Assembly: GCA_012295275.1 (NCBI GenBank)
Contig: CM022667.1
Location: 20,460,001 to 20,524,000, forward strand
Direction: 5' to 3'
Origin: Chrysomallon squamiferum
Taxonomy: Eukaryota > Animalia > Mollusca
Length of the DNA: 64,000 nucleotides
The notes below the pieces were generated by a model. The model searched no databases, was not told the DNA's origin, and saw only the letters and a list, made by a program, of their open reading frames with translations. Below, piece by piece: positions 14,301 through 26,300 of this stretch. Position 1 is the first letter of the stretch. Each line of letters starts with the position of its first letter. A program made the translations under genes and the position numbers.

Positions 14301-17300
14301 AAATATCTATCTATTAAAATATATTATATCTTTTGAGATTGTATCAGCCGGAATGCATCATTAGTGTCATGAAAATATAAAACAGATACTGAAAAATATT
14401 TATTAATGAAAAAACACCCCCCAAAAAACACATTTTCATGAGAAGTAGATAAATTAAATTGATATTTCAGAGGTTCAGCTCAGGTGCCCTACTTTGAGTC
14501 CTCAGCGTATGGGACAGTGCTGTACATTCTGGAGAGTGTGATGCCGTTCATAGAAACTTTCTGCAGAGATTTCTACTTCCCAGACCCACAGAACCAGAGC
14601 AACGAGATGGACGAGATTGACCACTTGGCTAAAGCTGGCGTGGTTTGTTTACTTTGTGTTAAATATTTTCAGTAAACCTTTATACTTACACTCAGATTCG
14701 TTTTTGTATATTTACAATTCTCATATAAATAGATCAGAAAAAGAAGTATATAACTATATCTGAAGGCAAAAGTATTTAATAATATAATAGAAAAACAAAT
14801 CAATTTTAGATGTTAATAAATTTGAAAAATAATAATATTTAACAAATGGAATACAATGTTATTTAAACTGTAACTAATTTTACTTTTAACAGAATATCTA
14901 TAGACAATGAGTATTTTTATTAAGTACTTAACTTTTCTTGTTTGATTAGCATGCAGATTATGAAAGGTAATGGATTTGTCAATTATTTTCAGATGTTTAG
15001 TGAGGTTGTTGGTCCACTGCTGTACAAACCAGGACACATGAAAAACATGGTCAACTCACTGACAGTTCTTGTTCCTGTCTCCAACATGCCAAACTCTGTG
15101 AGTTTCTATATTTTAAAAATATTTTGAAATAATTAGGATCTTCATCTGTAATTTTGTTTTGCTCCATAAACCACTGGTACACTATTTTTTGTCCAAAAAA
15201 CTACATTTTCTTAGTAAAAACTGTTTCTCATTTCACAAATTTGAGCAAATCTCAATACCAAGGCAAAATACTGTAGGTTCTCACTGACCAAGTTCCTCCC
15301 CAGTTTTAAATCATATCATTACAAGGAAAGAAAGTACAAAATACATCTTTTCCCATTTGGAAGAAACTTAACTAAAATTCTTCCTTTGGACATCAAGTGT
15401 CTTCTTGTTGGGCATCACTACTGTTCAGTTGCTATTCTAGTTATAAACTAATTTTTATTATTTGTTTGCAGTATACATTATTTTTTATATGATTTGGCTG
15501 ATTTATTTTATTCTTTTTCCTGAATTTACTTACAGAACCTGGAATTCATTTTGGAAAGATTTGCCTCTGGTATAACTGTTGAAGACACTTCCAGTGCCAT
15601 TAGAAGAGTATGTGAACATATTTCTTGTTTATTGTAAAAAATAAGTTAAACAGTGATCAAACATTCAAAATCTTTCTAGTATTTTGTTTTATACACAGGT
15701 ATATTGGGTACGAGTGTTTTTTCTGAAAAAATATTCAGAGGTCCAAAGAATTAATAATTTTTCCTGAATCTATACATTCAATCAGTACTATTGTTAAGTC
15801 AAAACCTGTTTGCAGTTTTCTTTATTAAAAACAAAACAAAACAAAACAAACCTACATGAATTGCACATTATAAAGCTCAATATAATGAAAAGTGTTGGCG
15901 GTTACAGAATGTGTGGTTTCATTACAGGGGAACATTGAGTATTACTCAGCTGAAGTGGAACTCAATGCCAAGTTCCGCACGTTTGTGAGAAACTGCTCAG
16001 TGGTGTTTGCTGGTCACAACACCGTGAAAGCACAGCTGAAGATTAACTCAAAGCGAGGTACACTCACACTTTAACAGTAAAAAAACGAAACTTTAGTAAC
16101 CCTGTAAAACAAATACTGAAATGTCTTTATAATGAAAGTAAATAATACTGAAATATGACATAATCATACTATTTTTAGGCTAAACCAAGTATTAACAGAG
16201 CATTATTTTTTTCTTTTCTTCTCTTTTTTTTTTTTTGTTATTGCCATATTGCTGAAAAAGTGAGATACAAAATATTTTTATTTCAGAACATAAATACTGT
16301 TAGAAGCAGTACCTCATAAAGCATTTTGTTTATAAGTTTAGACTCAAAAACCTAACCTTGTTATTATTTTTAAAACTTCAATTTATATATATTAGAAGTA
16401 AGTGAAATGATGCAAAATTATTACGTCACAAGTGCAGAGTTTCTGTTTGGACACTGACATAAATAAATTTGACTCTGCAGACTACACAGTGATAGGAGGA
16501 GATGAGGAGCTGCCTCTTGGGGAGGAGTTTCAGAGTCTAGTCAGGTGTTTCATAGCAACGCAGGAGAAGAAAACAGATAAGAGATATGGACCAGCAGCAA
16601 AACTCATAGAACAGCTGCAGTAAGAATTTGTTTTCACTTGTTTTAATGGATACATAACTTCAAATATTAGACAAAGAAATACAAAATGTAAATCTGGTTT
16701 ATCAGTCTGCTGTCAGATTCCAGCAATGAAAATTATGAAAAGAAAAACCTGCTTTTTAACTGAAACAAAATCAAACATCCAATTTTAGTTAAAAATGGAT
16801 ATATAGGTAATAGTAATTGGAATGTTAGAAAATTATAACTTTCTCTTGGAATGAAATAGTAAACGTGTTATTGGAAGAAAAAAATTATCTTTAGAGTGAC
16901 ATTATGTAAGAGACAGATATAAAAATCATATGAACACCCACTGAGCCTGCAGTATACGATTACTTATCAACAGTTTGTTAGCTTTGTGTGTGACTAAGAA
17001 TGAGCTATTTCTGAGATACGTTGTTTTGTTGTCAGCATCTCGCTAGAGAACCGGAGACTGAATGAGACAGCGAGACAGGAGATGGACGATTTGAACATCA
17101 AATGTCTGCAAGTCCTCCGAGCCATCATCCACAATGAAGAGCGCAAGTTACCAGAAGACTGGGAGACTCGAACCACCGAGACAAAAATCATGAAGTACGT
17201 TTTTAATAGACAGAAATCATGAAGTATGTTTTTAAAAGACAAAGATCATGAAGTATCTTTTTAATAGACAAAAATCATGAAGTATGTTTTTAATAGACAA

Positions 17301-20300
17301 AAATCATGAAGTACGTTTTTAATAGACAAAAATCATGAAGTATGTTTTTAATAGACAAAAATCATGAAGTATGTTTTTAATAGACAAAAATCATGAAGTC
17401 ATCGTATTTTTAAAAGACAAAAATCATGAAGTATCTTTTTAATAGAATAATCTTCAGACAAGTGTTAATGAATGAACCCAGTTACCTCCCCTTACCTTCA
17501 GTGACTCTTTTCTCAAATATATAGTCTCATATTTCTGTCAGCCCAATCCCACAACCACTGGAATGCATAGAAACATTAAACTAACTTGGTTATTTGTTTT
17601 TATAAAAGATTTCATATTTTATTGTGTCTGACCTAATTGTTTTTAATTTCCATATTTTTATTATTAGTGACAGGTTAAACTTTTGGTAAACCAATTCATA
17701 GAAACTTACTGGTTTTTTTTACTGTTGTTGTTTTCAGAGGACTGAAGATAATTGCCTGCATACAGAATTACTATGACAGTAAAGGTTCAATGAAGAAAAC
17801 ACTTCCACATTTGGCCTCACGAAATGATGAAATTGCCAAAGAAGTTCTTGCCTTTATCTGCATCCTGCTCTTCAATGCTAATACAACAGTGCAGGTAAAT
17901 TAAAAACAAGTCACCACATTCATCTGGCAGACGGTATCAAACTGCTTTAAATTATTGTTTTCCTGTATAATATGTATTTAAAAAGTGATAATGTCATAGT
18001 GCAAGATGTTTTTAATATTACAAAAATGAAAATATATGAGTAATTGTAAATAAAGATGAAAATGTTTTACTGAAGTGTTAAATATTTCCAGTGCTGCTGC
18101 TCTAACATTCAGTTGTGTGTTATTTTCAGAGTTCTATGCTGTCTTACTTTCTGTCTACTCGGGAAGAAGTGTTTTTCATGGCAGTCAGAGACAGGATGGC
18201 TCTGTCAACAAACTCAATCAAAGAGAAGTAAGCTACACTTTCTTCTTTTACTTTTTAACTTTCCATTTATGTAACTTTTTATTGCATTTAAATTTTTTTA
18301 TTTTTTTCGTTAATGTGATTGTTTTTATTGTGTTAAAATTTTGTTACAATGATTATAAGATTTTATGATTTTAATATGAGAGACATACTGTATGTTTTTT
18401 TAAGACGTTCGCTGGAGGCCCAGCAGGAAGCTAAGTTGAAGGAATCACCAGAAGCGATTGCTAAGAAATCTCGAACCACGTTTGTAGTCAGTCTGATGGC
18501 TCTGAAGGTTAAGATCATTTCACATTACTCCAGAAAATATCTTACAACCCGTGTCTTTGTGATTTGTATCAGATTCTTCAAAAATAATATTTTCTTTTCT
18601 TGTGAAAGGAATCTTTTAGTTGTTGTTTTTTCCTGATGTCATTTTATAATTTTAGAAATGAATTTATCTTAATTTAAATATACCAGTTTAATGGATGTGT
18701 GATATATTTTTATTAGTCAAAGAAAATGGTTGTAGCTGCAACCACCAGGCCTTCCAAAAAGAAAACAAAGGAGAAAATGTGTTTTCAACTTAAGAATTAC
18801 TATTTAATAACCATTCTAGCCAATTTTTTCATATTGTTTTATTATTTAAAATCTTTGCTATGTTAATTAAATAATGATAAATGTTAAATATTATTATTTA
18901 ACACAAAAAAAAAAAAATATATGTTTGAAATGTAGTCTTGTAATAATAGTTAAATCTGTTTTTTCTTTTGCAGCAAATCCAGGCTTATGAAGATGTTCTG
19001 AGACAGCAGCGACTCTGTGGCTGGGTGAGCCATTGATACATTTTAGTTTTTGTTACAAGTAGCTCTGTGCATACACACACACGTACTTACATTCATACAT
19101 ACATATGTATAAAAATACACACACACACACACACATGTTACTTGTGTGTGTATGTGTGTGTATATGTGTCTGTGTGTATATATATATATTGATAGCTAGA
19201 TAGATATATAGAGATAAACTAATCTTTTATGAGGTGTTTTTAATCTTAATTGCACATCACCATTACAAATACAGTTTCTCACACTGGGGAATTAGTAAGT
19301 TAAAAAGACTAACTTGTCCTTGTGATTTGTATCAGATTCTTTACAAATAATATTTTCTTTTCTCATGAAAGGAATCTTTTAGTTGTTGTTTTTTCCACAT
19401 GTCATTTAATAATTTTAAAAATGAATTTATCTTAATTTAAATATACCAGTTTAATGGATGTGTGATATATTTTTATTAGTCAAAGAAAATGGTTGTAGCT
19501 GCAACTATGAAGCCTTCCAAAAAGAAAGCAAGGGAGAAAAAGCTAAGAGAGGCTAAAAAAAAGAAAGAAGTTAAGAAGGGGAAGAAAGACTCACAGACAA
19601 ATGGAATTAAAAAGGAAGTCAATTTTTCTAACCCACTGGTGAAAGAAGATGAAGCTCTGATTGACACAACTAAAGAAGAAATGGAGATGACAATTAAAGT
19701 TGAGGTCTGACATTTCAGATTACTTTTCATCTGTTTAATACAGTTCTTTAATATTAACAAACACATAGACCAGACATGCAAATAATAAGTATCATTACTG
19801 ATGTTACAAATTTAAAACCTGGAGAAAAACTTTAGTAAATATATAAAAAATATCTACTGAATATTGTACCTAAAACATATTAAAAGACTTATATAAATCT
19901 GAGATAAATTTTAAACATTTGTAAATATTTGTACTAACGTCACAAAATGGATTCTAAATAACACAGTTTCCATTGTCAGACTAAAAACCAGTGAAGTGAA
20001 TAAGTAATAAAATGTTGAATTATCCTGGTCAGGAACCTGAGCAGGAGACAGAGCAGAAGGCAGAAATGGAAGAAAACACATCAGCAGAGTACAGAAACGA
20101 TGGCTACATTGAGCTGGTTCTCAAAGTGATGGCCAGAATGTGTGACGGTCAGAATAAACAACTTCAGGTCAGCATCTCTTTCCTACTGCTACATTCTCTT
20201 TTTAAATTTCTCTTTATGATTATGAATGTGTGTGTGTGTGAGTGTGTGTGTGTTGTTGTGTGTGTGTGTGTGATGCTTGGTGTGTGTGTGTGTTTCAAAA

Positions 20301-23300
20301 ATCTCTGTACAAGCTTATTCTTAAAAAGAAGATTCAGAGTAGAATCACTAAATAACACAGATTTAAAAATTGATGAATAGCAGAGATTTTTGTTTATTTA
20401 TTTATTTTATTTTTTAAGGACTACCTCAGAGAACAGCCTGACAATGTGAAATCTTTTGATATCATCGCCGAGGTGACCAGATTTTTGAATGTTGTGTACT
20501 CTAACATCACTGGCAAAAACATTGCCCTGGTCATCCAGCTGTTTGAGTCCATGAATGAATTCACTGCAGTGAGTAACTTCCTGTTAAAATATTATACAGT
20601 TTGTATCAGCTGTGAAAGTAATGGATGTACTGAAATAAAAAAAAGTAAAATTTTTTTAATAAAAATTTAACTTATGTTGTTGTTGATATCAACTTGATTG
20701 TTATTAAAAGATTAAAAATGAAAAAAATAATTTCTTTTTAAAGTTTGGTATTTACATTGACTGTAAATAATATTAATGTAGTAAATGTATGTTTGTTTTA
20801 TTATATATGTTTATATTTCAGGGAAACCAAGAGAACCGTGTTGTCATCTATGACAATAAAATAATTGACTACATCAATTTTATTCTAAGAGCTGGAGATT
20901 TTAAAGACTGCTCAACAGAAAAGGTTGAAAATGGATTTTAATTTCAGTAAAAAAAGTTTATTTAATGCTATCTAAATATTTTTAAAAAACAAATATTTGA
21001 TTACTTTTATCTATAATCGTGTTTTTAAACTGTGCTTTCATACATTCTCTAAAATAATAACTTGTGAATTTTGTTGAATTTAATTTAATTTTTAAATTGT
21101 TTTGGCAGATTCTTGATTTACGTAAAAGTATTGCCAACCTGATAATGTCACTGGTTGAAGAAAATGGACCAGGAGCTTCACAAGTTGCTACAGTAAACAT
21201 CAGTTTTTCTTTCACTCACACATAACTGTTATCAGCTGTTACTCTGTCCTTGATCTCTTTCCTAAGACTCAGCTGTCATTTTCATCGTACTGTTCCCTAT
21301 CTGGAACCTTTTTCATCATTTTCAGCCATTTAACAATTAAAAAACATTTCATTACCAAAATATTTAGAATCAGTTGTAAAAAGAAATTTATTTTAATTAT
21401 TCTATATTGTAGGTTTAATGGGTTTTTTTTTAGATTTGTCAGCTGAAAAAGTTAAAGCTGGTAACACACATGTTGTTTCAGTAGATGAAACATTTGTCTG
21501 GTATGTTAATTGAAACAGTTTAAAACTGGTAACACACATGTTGTTTCAGTAGATGAAACATTTGTCTGTTAGTTGAACCAGATTAAAACTGGGTGGACTT
21601 GTTGTTTCAGGAGGTGAAGGACACACTGGACAAGAAAGCAGTGATTGCTCTGATGACCGAGAGCTATGAAAACCACCAGACAGACAAGAAGATGATTGAA
21701 GAGTTGCGAGCTCAGGCTGTCACACAGATCCCTGGCCTGGAGATGCCTCAGGGGTCACAGAGTGCACTGGCCACTGCCCGGTCCCTGGCTGCAGCAGGGG
21801 GCAGCATCCTCTCCTCACTGGTTTGTCCACTTTTATCTCATCACAGAACCAATACAGTAAACAGTAAACAACTTACTGGTTAAGATTCACTGGTTTGTCC
21901 ACTTTTATCTCATCACAGAACCAATACAGTAAACAACAAACAACTTACTGGTTAAGATTCACTGGTTTGTCCACTTTTATCTCATCACAGAACCAATACA
22001 GTAAACAACAAACAACAAACAACTTACTGGTTAAGATTCACTGGTTTGTCCACTTTTATCTCATCACAGAACCAATTCAGTAAACAACAGGGGGTAGCAT
22101 CCTCTCCTCACTGGTTTGTCCACTTTTATCTCATCACAGAACCAATACAGTAAACAGTAAACAACTTACTGGTTAAGATTCACTGGTTTGTCCACTTTTA
22201 TCTCATCACAGAACCAATACAGTAAACAGTAAACAACAGGGGGTAGCATCCTCTCCTCACTGGTTTGTCCACTTTTATCTCATCACAGAACCAATACAGT
22301 AAACAGTAAACAACTTACTGGTTAAGATTCACTGGTTTGCCCACTTTTATCTCATCACAGAACCAATACAGTAAACAGTAAACAACAGGGGGTAGCATCC
22401 TCTCCTCACTGGTTTGTCCACTTTTGTCTCATCACAGAATCAATACAGTAAACAGTAAACAACAGGGGGTAGCATCCTCTCTTCTCTGGTTTGTCCATTT
22501 TTATCTCATCACAGAACCAATACAGTAAACAACTTACTAGTTAAGATTCACTGGTTTGTCCACTTTTATCTCATCACAGAACCAATACAGTAAACGGTAA
22601 ACAACTTACTGGTTAAGATTCACTAGTTTGTCCACTTTTATCTCATCACAGAACCAATACAGTAAACAGTAAACAACTTACTGGTTAAGATTCACTGGTT
22701 TGACAAAGTTATAAAAATGTATGTTTTGTTAGCAAGTAGTTAAGAGAATAGGATTCTTATGTTTCTGTTTTAAAAAAGTTATAATTTCAGTCATCTGTAC
22801 TGAAGAGAAAGTTCTAATTATTTCAGAAAAAACAGAAGATAGAGTATGCAGACCAGTACATGGATGTTGGATTCAGTTTCTATCTTGTCCTTGCACGAAT
22901 GATTGATGTTGATCCAAGAGTTTCAGACTTTTGTAAGTCCTTCAAAACATACTTTTAATTAATAAAATGCTCATCTGGGAATAAAAAATTGAGAAATTAA
23001 TTTTATTTATGTGTGAGACAGATTATAAATAAGTTTAAATGTGAAGAAATGTCATGTCTAAAAGTATATTGTTAAATTGAAAAATGGTTTTCAGTAAAAA
23101 AGTAAATTTTTATTTTTGTATGGAATGTTTTTGGTTTAAGCCAGAACAGTATTGAAACTAACTCCTCTGAGTTGGTAGGGGAGGATGGTATGCAAATTTG
23201 GATTCTGAAAGAGATGTGTTAGCTTATTTTGCTGCATGTCTTATTTTCTAACAGTTCAGCCATTATATTGAAAGATATTACCCCTAAATATGGTGTTGGA

Positions 23301-26300
23301 TTGTCTTAGCTTTTCTGATTAAAACAGTGTTCTAAGATTATTTTTCTGATTATTTTTAGCTATTTTAAAATTATTAACAATTATATTTTTTATTTGCAGT
23401 TCGACTAACCCCATTACAGCAAAAAGCATTCAGCTTCTACAAGAAGAACTGCATGGCAATAGAAGTTGTCAAAGATGATAACCTGCAAAAAGTCAATTTC
23501 AGAGTCAAAAACAAGGTTAGCAGATATTAGTTATCTTTGAAGTAAATATACAAATAAACAAATAAATAAATAAATAAATATTACCTGACAAACCTAAGAA
23601 TAGCTGGAGAGTATATCAGTCCTGTTTGTTTGACTGATAATATACTCCTAGGTGCAAATTCAGGATATGAACTGTAAGAAATTAGCTGGTGAAAAAGCAA
23701 ATACGGTTTCAAAATGAACAGATAAAAGAGAAAGATGATCTTAGAGAATGACATAACAGTGTAACATCCCATGTCAACAAGATGCTGTTAGAGAACTCTA
23801 AAAGCTGTGTCTATCTGAGATACGTACCAGTGACAAAAACCAAGACAAGAACATTTAAAGAAATGTCATGGCTGGCTGGATGCAGTGGTGTGCAGAGGGG
23901 GCAGGAAAAGGAGTGGTGGCCCTGGGCATCCAAAAGAAAAATAAATCTGGTTAATTTATATTTTAATCAAATAAAGTTTTATTTTATGTTTCATCTATGT
24001 TTACATGTTCAAAATATCTTGCTTTCTCATAAAATTCCTCAGTACTAAGCCTTATACTTGAGTCTTTGGGGCATACTATCAAGGACTTGGCCCTGGGCAT
24101 CACCAGACCTCTGCATGCCACTGGCTGGATGGTATTTGCAAAGCACTGTGACATCTTCTGGGTAACTTAGTAAACTGCTTGAATAAAAAAGTGTACAATT
24201 CCTGTGTACTTCCAGCAATGACATATACTGCAGAAACATAAGTGTTAACTAACCATGTGAAGAAAAACTAGCAGCTGCATGAACAAAAATGGAAAGAAAT
24301 ATGTTAAACATATCAAATAAGTAAGAGAGACATAAAGGTCCCAGCTGTGACTGAACAGTTTAGAAGATGGAAGTGGGCCTGGGCAGGGCTCATAAATAAA
24401 ATAGAAGATAACTGATGGACATCAAATACCACAACATGGAAACTGTACACCAGGAAAAGTCAGTGAGATGATGAATGGATGAACTAGGTAATTACTGGAA
24501 AGGGATCATCAGGCAGAGAATGACATAAAACAGAAAGAAGTGGAAAGGACATATGGAGCCTTTTGCCCAAAAGATGGGACAAAACATCTGCACAATGATG
24601 TTGGTGACCTGATAAAATATATTCAGTGGTTTTATAATTTATATACTAAATACTACTTTGACATGAAAATCTAGTGTTATTTTAGGATAATATAGTTATT
24701 ATATTAAATTGTTCTTTGCAACTTTTTTCTATTAAACTGTTTCAGCGTGTTTTGCGGGAGGAAGTTAAAGAAAAACTGAAATGGGGAGTGGATCGTTCGT
24801 CTCCAAGTAACAAAATAAGAGACTTGATGGACTGGACAAAGGACATCATGAAGGACATCGCCTATCAGCAAAGAATTCTCAGCAATTTTCTGGCTCTCTG
24901 TCTTACTAAAGGATGGTAAAATGCTCCATTTAAATGTTTTCTTCTCTTTTGTTCTTTGATTAATGATTTTTGAAGTCAGAAAATAACGTTTTCCTGAGAT
25001 TTGTGTTTATTATATTATTTATTATAGTTTTAATAAAATAGAATAACTAAACATACATATTTGTATCAAAGATTACAGCCAGGCTATGGTCTTTAAATCA
25101 CTGATATAACTGACAGTTATGAATGAATGAATGAATGTAATAAATAAATAAATAAATAAATATTGTCCTACCTTTTTTATAATAAATAAATACAAAATAT
25201 GAGAAAATACTCTTTATATGAAAAGGTAACTTAGTAACATGATACTTTTTAATAAATATTTCAGGTTGATATGGAACCATGCTGTCACACTAATTAGCTT
25301 TGCTATCAATATTCTGATGCTGGTCACATGGAAATCAAAAGCGTCAATGGGGACACCAGGCATTATGGACAATGCTACAGGGATACCTGCAGCAATTTTA
25401 GAGTGAGTGGAGCTTTTTATGGTTATCTCCCTTTGTTAATACTTTTATTTTATTTTTTTTAATTTTTTATATTTTTTTTCGTTATCACCAATTTGTTTAT
25501 TTGGAAAAAATAAAATTGAATTTGTCAGTAATTTAAATATTTAATATTTTTGAAAGATACTAACATTCGCATGAAAATCTGATTTTTCATTCAGTGAATT
25601 TTATTTTTTTATTTTTATATTTATTTCATGTTTTTCAGTCCAAATCCCACAATAACAAACATGCAGCCAAAGCAATATGACATTGCTATGATGACACTGG
25701 GAATTACCCACAATTCCCTGTCCCTGCTTGTGTTTCTTAGCTATTTCGTCTGTAACCATCCTCGGTTTCCAAACATCAAGACCATGATCAATCAGTGGAA
25801 GTAAGTGACTCAATACTGTTTAATTTTCATTTCAGTTTTGTACCAAATCAGCAAAATTCTATAGGATTGATATCATTTCTCCTCTTATTATTGAATATGC
25901 ACATATTTGTTAGTCACAGAGAGGATCTACATAACAACAGTTTGATTTTCTTATGACAGTGTTCACTTAATTAGTAAGCACTCAGTTAATGTACTTGTTA
26001 TTTTAATATTTTTGTTTATTTACACAATTTTTTTTTTACTTTTTAGACATATAAAAAGGAAACAGAATGAAGATGATGATGATGAGAGACAGAAGAAAAA
26101 ACACGTTTCCAAACTTGATGCAAAGTTTTTCAGTTTTACCACTTTCTATTACATGGTAGCCTCTTCACCTCTCTTCACTTTCAGGGTGTCAAACATATTT
26201 ATAGATAATATGTAAAAAGAAAAAGTTAAAAAAAGAAAAATAATAATTTCTATTAAGAATCAATATATAGAGTGGATGTATAAAATAATTTAACAAATAT

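Noticed and set aside
23782-24239. 88-aa and 64-aa ORFs in a channel intron
   Set aside because: Chimeric read-through of decayed LINE and MITE sequence.
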